A stretch of 64,000 nt of DNA, taken from positions 1,126 to 65,125 of IMG/VR virus record IMGVR_UViG_3300031555_003913; one strand, 5' to 3'. A program made the position numbers and the translations under genes. Source of the stretch: a virus. This document shows positions 20,266-31,235 of this stretch, in pieces. Positions within the stretch are counted from its first letter, which is position 1, and every line of letters starts with the position of its first letter. Below the pieces are notes generated by a model. It was not told where the DNA came from, made no database searches, and saw only the letters and a program-made list of their open reading frames with translations.

Positions 20266-21774
20266 TTGGATAAGGAAATGAGGTTAGAATATTCCTCTGC
20301 TCTGCTAAATCTCGTTGAAATTAATCCGTCGTTTGATTTGGGTACGTTACGGATTGCTTATACAGGTAAAAACAGAAATCGTTCATTTATTAGTAAAGAA
20401 GCTTTTGAACGTGCGATTCCTACTATGTTTGGTTGCCCAGTTGTGGCGAATTATATTCGCGAAGAAGATGAGATTGGCAGTCACGATGGAGAATTCATAA
20501 CCACAAAAGACGGTGACATCGATTATGTTAACATTACACAGCCCGTTGGATTTGTACCACAGAATGCTGCTTGGAAATGGGAAATAGTCGAAGACAATAA
20601 TGAAATTCATCAATATCTAACTACAGAGGTATTATTGTGGAAACGCCAGGAAGCCTATTCCAAGATTAAGGAAAATGGCATTACTAAGCAGTCCATGGAA
20701 ATTACCGTTAATGAAGGTGAGATGCGTGATGATTACTATCAAATTAATGATTTCTACTTTACAGCGTTTTGTCTCTTAGGCACTGCAGAACCATGTTTTG
20801 AATCTGCTGCCCTCTTTACTTTTGAGCATATGGATCAGTTTAAAAAGGAAATGAGCGAAATGCTTGAAGAATTCAAGTTGGCATTTGCTGCCGATGAAAA
20901 ATTCCACGCAAAGGAGGGAAATGAGAAAAACATGGACAAGTTTACTGAACTGTTAGCACAGTACAACGTATCTGAAGAAGATGTAACTTTTGAAATTGAA
21001 GGTTTGTCAGATGAAGAATTGGAATCTGCTTTTGCTGAAGCATTTGCAGTCGAAGAAGAGCCCGAAGAACTTACAGAAGAGTTTGCAGAAACTGATGATG
21101 TAGAACTTGAAGCAGAACATGATGAAGAACCTGCAGCAGATTTTGCTTTGGCAGGCCAGGTTCGTGAAACTTTAAGTCGAGCTATCTATTCAGCTGAAAC
21201 AATTGAAGGTGAATGGGGTTCTTATCCACGTTATTACATGGTGGATTATGATGAATCCGCATCAGAAGTTTACTTTGAAGATACAACAGATTGGAACCTG
21301 TACGGAACATCTTACTCTTTTAATGGCGATAACATTGTTGTTGATTTTGAAAGCATGAAGAGAAAGAAATATTCCATTGTAGATTTTAATGAAGGCGAAG
21401 AAACATTCTCATTCAAGGGGTATGTTGAAATCTTTATGAATGCTTACACTGAAAAATCCAGCGCGTCTTATATTGCTCTGGAAGAAAAGTATAATGCTTT
21501 ACTTAAAGCAGAAAACGGTAGATTAGCTAATGAGTTATTCGATGAATTCGAAGAACAGTTAGGCGGATCCCCAGAGTTCGAGGCTTTAAAGAAAGCTAAT
21601 GATTTGTTTAACTTAGAAGAACTTGAAAATCAGCTGTTCGCCATGGTTGGCAGAAAGCGATTCAATTTAAATAAGAAAAGTTCTCAGAGACCGGCAAAGG
21701 CTCCGTTAATCCCAGCTGAAAAACCAGCTGCAAATGGACCTTATGGCGATCTTTTTAATTTTATTGAAAAGTAA
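20266..21774 (+). CDS. Prohead protease/scaffold fusion
   Basis: GSHD, QSMEI and FCLLGTAEPCFESA motifs, then an acidic coiled region. Confidence 0.7.
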   Translation: MDKEMRLEYSSALLNLVEINPSFDLGTLRIAYTGKNRNRSFISKEAFERAIPTMFGCPVVANYIREEDEIGSHDGEFITTKDGDIDYVNITQPVGFVPQNAAWKWEIVEDNNEIHQYLTTEVLLWKRQEAYSKIKENGITKQSMEITVNEGEMRDDYYQINDFYFTAFCLLGTAEPCFESAALFTFEHMDQFKKEMSEMLEEFKLAFAADEKFHAKEGNEKNMDKFTELLAQYNVSEEDVTFEIEGLSDEELESAFAEAFAVEEEPEELTEEFAETDDVELEAEHDEEPAADFALAGQVRETLSRAIYSAETIEGEWGSYPRYYMVDYDESASEVYFEDTTDWNLYGTSYSFNGDNIVVDFESMKRKKYSIVDFNEGEETFSFKGYVEIFMNAYTEKSSASYIALEEKYNALLKAENGRLANELFDEFEEQLGGSPEFEALKKANDLFNLEELENQLFAMVGRKRFNLNKKSSQRPAKAPLIPAEKPAANGPYGDLFNFIEK

Positions 21775-21794
21775 TCCAAAGGAGGAATACAAAC

Positions 21795-22340
21795 ATGGCA
21801 ATTACTAGACAGAAGTATGGCTATGCAGAATCCAGTGCTCTGAGAGCTACCAACTGGGGCGGCCATATTGTTAACGTTATTGACGAAAAGAATATCTTAG
21901 AAAACGGTATGCTGGTAGTACTGGGCAAGGACATTGACAGAGAAAATCGCGAAGCAGTAACTCCAACTGAAAAGGATGAAGTTTATCTGGTATTAGATGT
22001 TATTCTGCCATACGATGAATCTTCCAGAATTTATCAGCACGAAATGTATCACTATGCACACGAAGAACTGATTGGTCATCCAACAAGAACATATGAACTG
22101 TTTGAAAATGACAGATTTGCTATCGCTGATTACATGGTAACAGCTCCACTGGCTGGTGCAGGCGAAGCATGTGTTGTTGGCAACTATCTGGTTGTTGATG
22201 AAAACAGAAAGTATAAGGAAGTAGCTGCGGACGCAGATATTACTGGTTATGGTTTTGTAGCTGTAATCCAGGAAATTGATTACAAGTCCGGTTTAACTCT
22301 GTACAGACTGAGAGTTGTACAGAATAAGCAGGTTGCTTAA
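21795..22340 (+). CDS. Capsid decoration/minor head protein
   Basis: Lies between scaffold and major capsid; LENGMLV motif; highly biased codons. Confidence 0.6.
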   Translation: MAITRQKYGYAESSALRATNWGGHIVNVIDEKNILENGMLVVLGKDIDRENREAVTPTEKDEVYLVLDVILPYDESSRIYQHEMYHYAHEELIGHPTRTYELFENDRFAIADYMVTAPLAGAGEACVVGNYLVVDENRKYKEVAADADITGYGFVAVIQEIDYKSGLTLYRLRVVQNKQVA

Positions 22341-22361
22341 TAGAAAGGATGGTCGTACGAT

Positions 22362-23372
22362 ATGAATAACTTTAAGAAACTGTTAATTGATACCGGCAAA
22401 GGCTGTCCTGTACAGTACTCTGTTGGTGAATCCAACCAGGCAATCAGAAAGAAATTTAATGAAATTCTGGGCACTGATGAAAATTCTTCTGTAAAGGATA
22501 TTAGAAGAGCATATAGAACTCACAAGTATGAAATCTTTGCAATTATCGAAGATGTTATCGACGAACTGCTGGTTTCCGGTTGGGGCGAAAACCCATTCTT
22601 CAGAGACTTTGTTGAAATGAAGAATCTGGCTGATGGCGACAGAAACGAATTCTATGTAGAAGACGATTCCGTTCTGACTGTTTCAAGATTTTCAGGTAAT
22701 CACCACAACCTGGTGCGTGAAAAATTGGGTCTCGGAAGCTCCTTCTCCGTAAACACTTCTTGGTATGGTGTAAAGATCTACGAAGAATTCGAAAGATTTA
22801 TGGCTGGTAGAATCGACTGGGCTCACATGGTTTCCAAGATTTACGAAGCAATGGATAAGAAGATCAATGATATGCTGTATCAGGCATTCCTGGGTCTGGA
22901 TGAAATTGTTCCTGCTGAATATAAGTTTACCGGAGACATTACTGAAGAACAGTTACTGCATATTATCGAAATGGTAGAAACTGCAACTGGCAAGGAAGTA
23001 GTTATTGCAGGTCCAAGAGCTGCTATCTCTAAGATTGGTGCTCTGACTGGTGCTGATATGTGGTCTGATGAAATGAAGAATCAGAGAAACACACTGGGTC
23101 AGCTGGGTGTATGGAATGGTGTAAAGCTGATGAGAGTACCACAGGTATTCGAAGCTGGTAAGAGAGAATTCGCTTATCCAGAAAATAAGTTCTACATTCT
23201 GCCTCTGACTGACAATAAACCAATTAAGATGGTTTATGAAGGTGATTCTTACTTCAATGAATCTACTGCAAGAGAAGAACGTCAGGACATGACAATTGAA
23301 GCTGAATACATGACCAAGTTTGGTATTAATGTAATTTTCGGCGTTGATTTTGCTACTGGCGAAATTGCTTAA
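22362..23372 (+). CDS. Major capsid protein
   Basis: 336 aa; synteny; highly biased codons; followed by a terminator. Confidence 0.75.
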   Translation: MNNFKKLLIDTGKGCPVQYSVGESNQAIRKKFNEILGTDENSSVKDIRRAYRTHKYEIFAIIEDVIDELLVSGWGENPFFRDFVEMKNLADGDRNEFYVEDDSVLTVSRFSGNHHNLVREKLGLGSSFSVNTSWYGVKIYEEFERFMAGRIDWAHMVSKIYEAMDKKINDMLYQAFLGLDEIVPAEYKFTGDITEEQLLHIIEMVETATGKEVVIAGPRAAISKIGALTGADMWSDEMKNQRNTLGQLGVWNGVKLMRVPQVFEAGKREFAYPENKFYILPLTDNKPIKMVYEGDSYFNESTAREERQDMTIEAEYMTKFGINVIFGVDFATGEIA

Positions 23373-23384
23373 GTAAATACATAT

Positions 23385-23414
23385 GGGTGTGGGGTTTATC
23401 CCCCCACCCTTTTT
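23385..23414 (+). terminator. Intrinsic terminator
   Basis: GGGTGTGGGG...CCCCCACCC then TTTTT. Confidence 0.7.
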
Positions 23415-23439
23415 AATAGAGAAAAGGAGATAATTAATA

Positions 23440-24066
23440 ATGGCAGAAACTAAGAAGAAAACAACTTCCAAGTCTACTGCAACTAAAAAGTCTGCTGCTA
23501 AGAAAGTAGCCGATCAAACGGTTGAATTAAAAAACGAAGCTGGCGTAGAGAATACAGAAGTGGTAACACCTATAGTGGCAGAGCCTGTAACAGTGAAGAT
23601 TCCAGAAAAGAAGGTTTACCAAGCTAGTGATATGATTCTATGCAAAAGCGTTAGATATGGCACACTTCATCATGTTTCGAAGAAAAGTGGAGATATGTAT
23701 GAATGGGCGGACTATGGCGATGAAGTTCCAGTTGCATATGGTGATTTGTTAGCTCTTAAGTCAAGAAAATCTAAATTTCTGTATGCTCCATGGTTTTTAA
23801 TTTTAGACGATCAATTAGTTGAAGAGTGGAAGTTGGCTGACATTTATTCATATTATGAAGATTTCGAAGATGTGGAGGATTTCCTGCAGGCAGGGGCAAT
23901 CACATTGAGAAGAAAGTTGCCAAATGCTCCGCAGGGCTATAAGGATTTAATTGTTCACAAGGCTGGCGAAATGATCCGACATGGTACTTTGGATAGCATT
24001 GCAACAATAAAGGCTATTGATGATATTCTGGGCAAGAATTTAATGGATATGCTAGGAGGAAATTAA
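23440..24066 (+). CDS. Hypothetical virion-cluster protein
   Basis: ORF with AAAGGAG RBS; synteny. Confidence 0.7.
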   Translation: MAETKKKTTSKSTATKKSAAKKVADQTVELKNEAGVENTEVVTPIVAEPVTVKIPEKKVYQASDMILCKSVRYGTLHHVSKKSGDMYEWADYGDEVPVAYGDLLALKSRKSKFLYAPWFLILDDQLVEEWKLADIYSYYEDFEDVEDFLQAGAITLRRKLPNAPQGYKDLIVHKAGEMIRHGTLDSIATIKAIDDILGKNLMDMLGGN

Positions 24067-24491
24067 TGGCTACACCTTACATTACGGTTTTTAACCGATT
24101 TTTAAGCAAGGTGACAGATTACTATATTTTCGATTTAAATGATGAGGAAACATATGACTACTGTAGAGGATTGTTAAAATCAGCCCTGGCTGATTTAAGT
24201 AATATTGAAGCTGATTTAACAAATGTTGATGATGAACTATTACAGTTCAATGATAACCTGAGTAATACTGAGATCGAATATATCGCATATCAAATGGTAT
24301 GTGAATGGTGCAATCCTCAAATTCAGAATTCGACGCTAACAAGACAGTATATTGGAACTGCAGAAGAACGTTATTTCAGTCCAGCAAACTTACTTGGTCA
24401 GCTTCGTGGATTACGTGACGATGCTTTAGCTCGCAGAAAAAAAATTCGTCGCGATTGGAATTTACAACATAGTGACTACTTTGCAGACTAA
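24066..24491 (+). CDS. Putative head-tail adaptor
   Basis: MATPY...FLSKVTDY; FSPANLL motif; synteny. Confidence 0.55.
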   Translation: MATPYITVFNRFLSKVTDYYIFDLNDEETYDYCRGLLKSALADLSNIEADLTNVDDELLQFNDNLSNTEIEYIAYQMVCEWCNPQIQNSTLTRQYIGTAEERYFSPANLLGQLRGLRDDALARRKKIRRDWNLQHSDYFAD

Positions 24492-24783
24492 ATATGGATC
24501 TTTGAGAAAAGATAAGTTCGATAAATACAAACGTTCTGTGATAGGCCGGATTTACGCTATTTTACCTATGAAAGAAGAAGGCGCAGAGACGGTTAAGGAA
24601 TATATCGAAAGCTTGAACAGAGAATTGGTCAAAAATATTGATGTATTTGGACCTTGCGAGCATATTCTCTCTGTTGTCTGTTTGTTAGAACATATCATTT
24701 CAGAAGATAATCATTCCGTATATCGAAAAGAAGTACTGCACTGTTGCAGCATAATGTCAAGGGTTGGTGAGGCAGATGTTTGA
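24472..24783 (+). CDS. Hypothetical protein
   Basis: Overlapping operon ORF. Confidence 0.6.
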   Translation: MTTLQTKYGSLRKDKFDKYKRSVIGRIYAILPMKEEGAETVKEYIESLNRELVKNIDVFGPCEHILSVVCLLEHIISEDNHSVYRKEVLHCCSIMSRVGEADV

Positions 24784-25837
24784 ATCTTATAGAAGTAGAC
24801 TCAATAAGTCAGGCGGGAGTAACCGTGGTTACAACGCTGAATCTATGAGAATGACAAAAGAAGCTGTGTTTAACGATAGCCAATCCTATAAAGAAGTATG
24901 TATAAATGGAAAGAAATACGATGCAAGAATAATTGAAGATGTCGACGATACTGTAAAAAACGGCAATGGAAACTTTAAGATCGAATTCAGATCTGGAGTA
25001 CTATTTTATCCTGGCACGTATGTACATATTAAAAACGCATTTGGCCATATTGAACCGTGGCTTATTGTAGATGTATTAGATAGCCTTTTCTTTCCAAAGG
25101 GCTTAATTAAAAAATGTAACTATAACCTTAAATGGAAAAATAAAAGTGGCGATATAATTTCGCGTTGGATTCATTTTGATGATACATATAAACTATATGA
25201 TGCGATACGAAACTATGATAACAAAACCAATTTGCCAGAGGGTACATTGGTAATTACTTTACCGTATGACAAAGAAACAGTTGCTATAAATATCGATCAT
25301 AGATTTATTATCGATGCGCCAGGATTCTCAGAAACTCCAGATGTCTACACTGTATCTAATCGAAGTGTTGCTGCTAGAATGTATGACGACAGCCATGGTG
25401 TCATTAAGCTATCATTAACACATGATCAATTTAATCATACTGTTGATAATGCTGAATTGATGATTGCCGATTATTTTGTTGAGGCGGAATCCCTAGAAGA
25501 AAAGCCTGCGATTGACATACCGTTAATTTCTGAACGTCACTTAAACATTTCTTATAAGGGCCAAAATCGTATTGTGATGGGCACTTCATTTAAGGAGTAT
25601 AAGCTGAAATTTACAGATCCCGCAGGAAGACCTTTGCCAGATGAAGTTGGTTTATGGGAAGTAAATGTTTTACCAGAATTTTCCGAGTTTATTATTTACG
25701 AAATTGATGGAAATACGTTACGTATAAAAAGCACTTTTAATGAAAATCTTGAAAGTTATAAATTCCGCATCGTAGGTTATAGTGTTGATAAAACAGTCTC
25801 AGCCGAGACTCATATTAAGGTGGTGAGTGGTATATAA
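24764..25837 (+). CDS. Putative head-closure/neck protein
   Basis: IKKCNYNLKW motif; Ig-like C-terminus; synteny. Confidence 0.55.
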   Translation: MVRQMFESYRSRLNKSGGSNRGYNAESMRMTKEAVFNDSQSYKEVCINGKKYDARIIEDVDDTVKNGNGNFKIEFRSGVLFYPGTYVHIKNAFGHIEPWLIVDVLDSLFFPKGLIKKCNYNLKWKNKSGDIISRWIHFDDTYKLYDAIRNYDNKTNLPEGTLVITLPYDKETVAINIDHRFIIDAPGFSETPDVYTVSNRSVAARMYDDSHGVIKLSLTHDQFNHTVDNAELMIADYFVEAESLEEKPAIDIPLISERHLNISYKGQNRIVMGTSFKEYKLKFTDPAGRPLPDEVGLWEVNVLPEFSEFIIYEIDGNTLRIKSTFNENLESYKFRIVGYSVDKTVSAETHIKVVSGI

Positions 25838-26355
25838 TGGCTAGTGGAAATTCACAGGAAATTATTGAATATAAGCGTTCTGCGATGGCTAAGCTGGCAA
25901 GTACCGACACTATCGTAAAAGCATTGAATGCAAGATCATCGTCTGGCGAATCTCTTGAGCCAGGCGATCTTTTTTATACGCATATTTTTCCGTATGCTTA
26001 TTTGCCAGATACTGTAGAGGTAGCTGGTGCATACATTACTCTCGAGGTAAGTATGCCTAATGTTTCTACTGTAAATTACTTTTTTAAGGATGTTTTAATT
26101 ACTTTTACTATTATTTGTCATCAAGATGTTATGCGAATGATAGACGAAGAGCCGCTTGGTGCTACTGGTGCTACCAGAGCAGATTATATTTCGGTTGAAA
26201 TAGATAAGCTGTTCAATAAATCTAAGGGAATGGGTAGAACAGAGCTTGAGCTTGTTTCAAATGTTGAGGGAGCTATCGACCCTGTTCATCGTTGTCGTAT
26301 TATGCGATTTAAGACCCAGGAGCAAGTTGCTTCATTCTGTGGAGATGATGACTAA
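25837..26355 (+). CDS. Putative tail-completion protein
   Basis: IFPYAYLP...RADYI; synteny. Confidence 0.5.
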   Translation: MASGNSQEIIEYKRSAMAKLASTDTIVKALNARSSSGESLEPGDLFYTHIFPYAYLPDTVEVAGAYITLEVSMPNVSTVNYFFKDVLITFTIICHQDVMRMIDEEPLGATGATRADYISVEIDKLFNKSKGMGRTELELVSNVEGAIDPVHRCRIMRFKTQEQVASFCGDDD

Positions 26356-27077
26356 TGGATAAGTTGGCTTTACTTCGTGGAGCGCCAAAAGAAATTACCC
26401 CGCTTATAGTAATTAAGCAGCCTACATTAGAAGAAATAATGACATATGGAGAGCGTAATTATTGGCAGCTTGTTGCCTCATTAACATCGTCAAGTTATGA
26501 TTGTAGATTTTTCCTTGATGATAATGGCTTTGCTTATGAAGATGTTGAAGACTACGTTGTTTTTTGTATGCAGATTATGATGTTAGAACCGGGAGAATCC
26601 GCCATATTATTTGGCGACACAGATTTATATGATTTTTCTCCTGACACTATTGATGGAGAGGAAGTTCTCCTAAATAAGAAAAACGGCGCAATAATCAATC
26701 GCTACATATACAACGAAATTGTTGAATATCTTCGTGATTTACATGGCCTTAAGCGAAATTGGCAAGAGGCAGCCAACAGTTTTACGAGAAGATATATCAT
26801 GGAGGAAGAGAGGAAGGAGCTTGAGGAAAAACTAAAAAATCAAGATCCGGATGACTCTTCATATGCTCCACTAATTTCTGCATTAGTAAACTGTTCTGAC
26901 TTCAAATATGACTACGATTCAATTTGGGGTCTTACGATTTATGCGTTCATGGACTCTGCTAAGCAGGTTCAAAAATTAAATAATTATAGAAACGTAATGA
27001 CCGGTGTTTATACCGGAAATATCGATTCGAAGAAGCTACCAAAAGAAAGTAGTACATGGATAGGTGGTACCTCATAA
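26355..27077 (+). CDS. Hypothetical tail-region protein
   Basis: Coupled ORF; LTIYAF...GVYTG. Confidence 0.65.
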   Translation: MDKLALLRGAPKEITPLIVIKQPTLEEIMTYGERNYWQLVASLTSSSYDCRFFLDDNGFAYEDVEDYVVFCMQIMMLEPGESAILFGDTDLYDFSPDTIDGEEVLLNKKNGAIINRYIYNEIVEYLRDLHGLKRNWQEAANSFTRRYIMEEERKELEEKLKNQDPDDSSYAPLISALVNCSDFKYDYDSIWGLTIYAFMDSAKQVQKLNNYRNVMTGVYTGNIDSKKLPKESSTWIGGTS

Positions 27078-27116
27078 GGTCCATCTTTTTTTTATTCCAA
27101 AAGGAGGCAAAATACA

Positions 27117-27914
27117 ATGGCTTGGAATATTGAAAATATGATTATCAATAAGGCAATCAGAGGTACCATGTTCGATAAGAGTACCGATGAAGTATATTTC
27201 AGCATTGACAAGATCGCTGATCCATCTCTGGAATGTGGCGGCGAAACTGTATATGCAAATGACGCACAGGGTGTTCCTATTGCTGGCTTTGACAGAAGCA
27301 AGACCGCAACTTTAAGTGGCTCTAATGCAATGTTTAACTTTGGCTTAATGGCTGCACAGCTGGGTTCTGACAAGGTTGTTGCAACTGATGAAGCAAAGAT
27401 CGCAGTTCCTAAGTTTGAGTTGATCAAGGTTACCGATGCTACTAAGATTACTCTGACAATTCCTGAACATCAGACTCTGGTAGATACTTCTGTGAAGTAT
27501 ATTTATTCCACTAATTCTGATAAGAGCAAGAATATGTCTTATGCAAGAGGTACTGCGGCATCTGAAACTGAATTTGCTATCAATGGCAATGAAATTACCC
27601 TGCCTACTGGCGTTTTTGCAGTTGGAGACAGAGTGGCTGTATGGTATTCCGTAGAAGCAACTAAGGCACAGCAGATTGTTAACTCCGCAACTAAGTTTGC
27701 TAAGGGTGGCAAGTTTGTTCTGGAAGTTCTGGTTGCAGAAGCATGTGACCCTAACAAGGTTTACTATGCTTATCTGATTTTCGGTAATGCAAAGCTGGAT
27801 AACAACTTCAATATTGACTTTAACACTGAAGCTACTCATGGTTTCTCCATTAGCGCAATGCAGGATTACTGCTCTGATGAAAACGAACTGTTCACTCTGA
27901 TCATCGCCGAATAA
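27117..27914 (+). CDS. Major tail tube protein
   Basis: 265 aa, beta-rich, highly biased codons; synteny. Confidence 0.65.
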   Translation: MAWNIENMIINKAIRGTMFDKSTDEVYFSIDKIADPSLECGGETVYANDAQGVPIAGFDRSKTATLSGSNAMFNFGLMAAQLGSDKVVATDEAKIAVPKFELIKVTDATKITLTIPEHQTLVDTSVKYIYSTNSDKSKNMSYARGTAASETEFAINGNEITLPTGVFAVGDRVAVWYSVEATKAQQIVNSATKFAKGGKFVLEVLVAEACDPNKVYYAYLIFGNAKLDNNFNIDFNTEATHGFSISAMQDYCSDENELFTLIIAE

Positions 27915-27916
27915 AG

Positions 27917-28288
27917 GTGGTGACAGACGTGACTGGTAATTTAAATCATAAGTGCATTGTCTGTGGTACTATGTACCATGCATGCGATAATTGTCAACAG
28001 GTAAAAACATATACACCTTGGCGTGCTTTATGCGACAGTTGGGATCACTATCAGATTTATCTGTTGATTCGTACTTTTCAGGAAGGTCTGGACACAAAAG
28101 AGAATCTTCAGGCGCAGCTGAGAAAGTTAGGCGTTGAACGCGGATCTTATGCTGATTGGCCAGAAGGTACACAGAAACTTTTAAATCAGATTTTCGATAC
28201 TCCTAAAAGAGTAAAGAAAATTGCGAAAGTTGTAGAGGTTCAGGAAGAAATTCCTGTAGTTGAAGAACTGGTAGTACCAGAGGAATAA
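27917..28288 (+). CDS. Zn-finger hypothetical protein
   Basis: CIVCG..YHACDNC. Confidence 0.65.
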   Translation: MVTDVTGNLNHKCIVCGTMYHACDNCQQVKTYTPWRALCDSWDHYQIYLLIRTFQEGLDTKENLQAQLRKLGVERGSYADWPEGTQKLLNQIFDTPKRVKKIAKVVEVQEEIPVVEELVVPEE

Positions 28289-28359
28289 ATGAATATGAGA
28301 GGGACGAATGGGATCATTTTGAAAATTATATCTTATTTAGTCCCTCTTTTTAACAGAAC

Positions 28360-28806
28360 ATGGAATACAAAATAATAATTACACAACAAGATGTTGATGC
28401 ATATAATCAGAAATATTTTGCTGAACATCCAAGAGCTACTAAGCTAAGAATAAAAGCACCGGAACACCCTTCTTTGAATGAATATATGATTGCAAATAAT
28501 CACGCACAAAACAATCAAAAACAGGCGTGGAAAGATTTCATTGTTTGGGTATTGCAGAGTAAAAACTTAATAAATACCGGTGTAGATCGTTGCGAAATTA
28601 TATATCGTACTTTTTTTAAGACCAGACGTATTCATGACATAGACAATGTAACTCCAAAATATATCTTTGATGGAATGACAGAGGCTGGTTTTTTGGTTGC
28701 GGATGATTACAATCACATAGTTAGGTTGATTACAGAGTGCGGTTACGATAAGAATAACCCACGAATTGAGCTCATTGTAAATGAGATTAGAGAAAAGGAG
28801 AAATAA
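28360..28806 (+). CDS. RusA-like Holliday junction resolvase
   Basis: PSLNE...DIDN..PK.I.DG....G...DD...NPRIE. Confidence 0.75.
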   Translation: MEYKIIITQQDVDAYNQKYFAEHPRATKLRIKAPEHPSLNEYMIANNHAQNNQKQAWKDFIVWVLQSKNLINTGVDRCEIIYRTFFKTRRIHDIDNVTPKYIFDGMTEAGFLVADDYNHIVRLITECGYDKNNPRIELIVNEIREKEK

Positions 28807-28807
28807 T

Positions 28808-29374
28808 ATGGAAAAGATGAATATTGAAATTGCAAATAAATTATTTGAGGCGGTTGTAGACACAATCAACCAGCCGGAAAGTATTATATATAAAGGATTA
28901 AATGTTAAGGTACATACGAATGTTCCTTTTACCGAACTGATAAAGTTTGTTGAACGTGTTGTTTATGCGGGTTATTCAGGTGGAGAAAAGAATGATATGC
29001 TTTGTGATTTAGAAATTGCTAGATGTATCATTGATGACCTTTCTGATATTCCAATGCCTATGATTACTGGTGACGATGGTAACAAAATTGAAAACTTGAA
29101 TTTATGTTATGAAATCGTGTTTGGCCAGGGCGGTCTTATTGAGCTTTCTGATGGACTGAGTCATTTAGTTGGTGTCGTATATGAATATGTGACCAGTGAG
29201 ATCAAAGAACGTAAATTTAGAGGGTCTGCTCAAAACAGGGTTATGGAGAAGCTCCTGGATTTATATGAGCTATCTAAGATGGAGATCAATGATATGTTGA
29301 CTAATCCGGTAAGACTAGATAATTTGTTAGAGATGGTTAACAGCACTAAAGCAAATTTTGACGTTGTTGAATAA
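28808..29374 (+). CDS. Hypothetical protein (possible tail assembly chaperone)
   Basis: AAAAGGAG RBS before ATG 28808. Confidence 0.6.
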   Translation: MEKMNIEIANKLFEAVVDTINQPESIIYKGLNVKVHTNVPFTELIKFVERVVYAGYSGGEKNDMLCDLEIARCIIDDLSDIPMPMITGDDGNKIENLNLCYEIVFGQGGLIELSDGLSHLVGVVYEYVTSEIKERKFRGSAQNRVMEKLLDLYELSKMEINDMLTNPVRLDNLLEMVNSTKANFDVVE

Positions 29375-29395
29375 ATAGAATGAGAGATGGTTTAA

Positions 29396-30064
29396 ATGAA
29401 GACAAAGAGTTTTACGTCTGAAGCAGACCTTATAAAGTTCGTTGGAAATAATTACGATGTGATTGATGCGTACACAGACGATAAGAGTCTGTCTTCGAGG
29501 AGATTACATAGAAGTAAAGCTAGTCAAGAAAAAAAGATACTTGGTCTTCCTTATGATATGTCAAGAGATGATATATCTTTTTATGCGAATGAATTGAGAG
29601 ACATGATATTTAATGAATATGCAAATTATCCTGCAATGAAAACAGTTGGGTTTCGCTCTATGTTTAAGAATTATAACTTCTTAAACGAAGATGGTCTTTA
29701 TAATATAAACCTACGATTCAATTTCTCCAAAATGTATAAGGAAAATAAATTTAAGGGGAAAGGCACATGGGAAAGTTTTATGCCTATATTATGGGAGTAT
29801 GGATGGAGCTGGGGATCAAGAAAAAATAATTCTGATGGAAAATATTTTTCCGCAGTGACATCAACAGTAAATCCTAGAGGCGGAGATCGCATGTCTTATG
29901 CTTACTTTGCTGGTACACATGCTATATCAGATGCTATTGCTAAATTCAATAAGAAACATGCCGCAGATGGTATTTATGCCAGATTTATGATCGGAGATAC
30001 AAATATAGAATTATATCCTGGCAATAAACATAAGCCGTATAAGAAAAAAGCAATTGAATTTTAA
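29396..30064 (+). CDS. Hypothetical protein
   Basis: 222-aa ORF. Confidence 0.65.
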   Translation: MKTKSFTSEADLIKFVGNNYDVIDAYTDDKSLSSRRLHRSKASQEKKILGLPYDMSRDDISFYANELRDMIFNEYANYPAMKTVGFRSMFKNYNFLNEDGLYNINLRFNFSKMYKENKFKGKGTWESFMPILWEYGWSWGSRKNNSDGKYFSAVTSTVNPRGGDRMSYAYFAGTHAISDAIAKFNKKHAADGIYARFMIGDTNIELYPGNKHKPYKKKAIEF

Positions 30065-30126
30065 TTTGTAAATTAATACTAATCACATCATTGTTTTTTA
30101 TAAAATGTATTATTTAGATAAAGGAG

Positions 30127-31140
30127 TTGTTGAAGATGAATAGATTGCCGGTGATAACTCCGGATGAGTGGCTTCAATGTAATGAATACAATAGAAATAT
30201 ATTAGATGAATTTTTAATGAATTCTCCTCAGCTATCAGATCAAACAAAGAAAGCTTATAAATCCAATCTAATGATTTGGTTTAATTGGGTTCGCAAGAAT
30301 TTGAATAATAAAGCACAATATGAAATTAAGTCGATTGAGTTCATGAAGTTCCAAAATTGGCTTATTTCGATGGATAGAAGTTCTGCAGATATTACTAATA
30401 AGAGAGCTGCGGTGTCTACTCTGAACAACTATATTGTTTTATATTACAGTGATGATTTCCCTACTTTTAAGAATTTTATTGTTAAAGGGATGCCAAAACC
30501 TGAGGCATCATTCGTAAATGAAAAGAATCCGCCTACAAAAGAGGAATTTCTGCATATTGTCGATGTCATGAAGGAACGTGGTGATTGGCAGAAAGTTGCA
30601 TATCTGTTATATACGTTTGATACCGGTTGCCGTAGGGCCGAGTCAGTTCAACTACTCAAAGAGGTGGTTGATTACGAGCCAGTGATTAAAGAGAAAAAAG
30701 TGTATAATGAAGATGGTACATATGAAATAAAGACAGTGAAATATTATCATAGTAATCCAACCCGCTGTAAGGGGCGCGGCAAAACAGGCAAGGTACGCAA
30801 ATTAGTATTTTCTGAGGATACTATGAATGCTATTAGAAAGTGGCTTGAGGTTCGTGGTGATGATGATTGTCCATACGCGTTTGTTACAAAACACGGAAAT
30901 GCTGCTACGCAGTTATCTCCTACTACACTTAATAAATGGGCTGTAAATATATTCTCTCCTATTCTTGGGCGACGTTTTCATCCTCACATTCTTAGAGAAG
31001 CGAAAGCTACAGTTAGTGTAGTTGAAGAAGGAAAGAATATTTCTGCAGTTCAAAGATTGCTTGGACACGAAAGTTCCTCAACTACTGAGATATATGTAAT
31101 AGCTGATCTCGATGAAGAAATCGACGAATTATTTTTATAA
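30127..31140 (+). CDS. Tyrosine recombinase (YomM-like position before the tape measure)
   Basis: TGCRRAE, KGRG, HPHILR, LLGH, TTEIY. Confidence 0.9.
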   Translation: MLKMNRLPVITPDEWLQCNEYNRNILDEFLMNSPQLSDQTKKAYKSNLMIWFNWVRKNLNNKAQYEIKSIEFMKFQNWLISMDRSSADITNKRAAVSTLNNYIVLYYSDDFPTFKNFIVKGMPKPEASFVNEKNPPTKEEFLHIVDVMKERGDWQKVAYLLYTFDTGCRRAESVQLLKEVVDYEPVIKEKKVYNEDGTYEIKTVKYYHSNPTRCKGRGKTGKVRKLVFSEDTMNAIRKWLEVRGDDDCPYAFVTKHGNAATQLSPTTLNKWAVNIFSPILGRRFHPHILREAKATVSVVEEGKNISAVQRLLGHESSSTTEIYVIADLDEEIDELFL

Positions 31141-31235
31141 AGAGCAGGCTCAGTCCTGCCTTTTGTATTTTTTGAAGAAATAATTTTTATATTAATAAAA
31201 ATTCAAAAGCCAGGATTGACACAATAAAGGGGTGA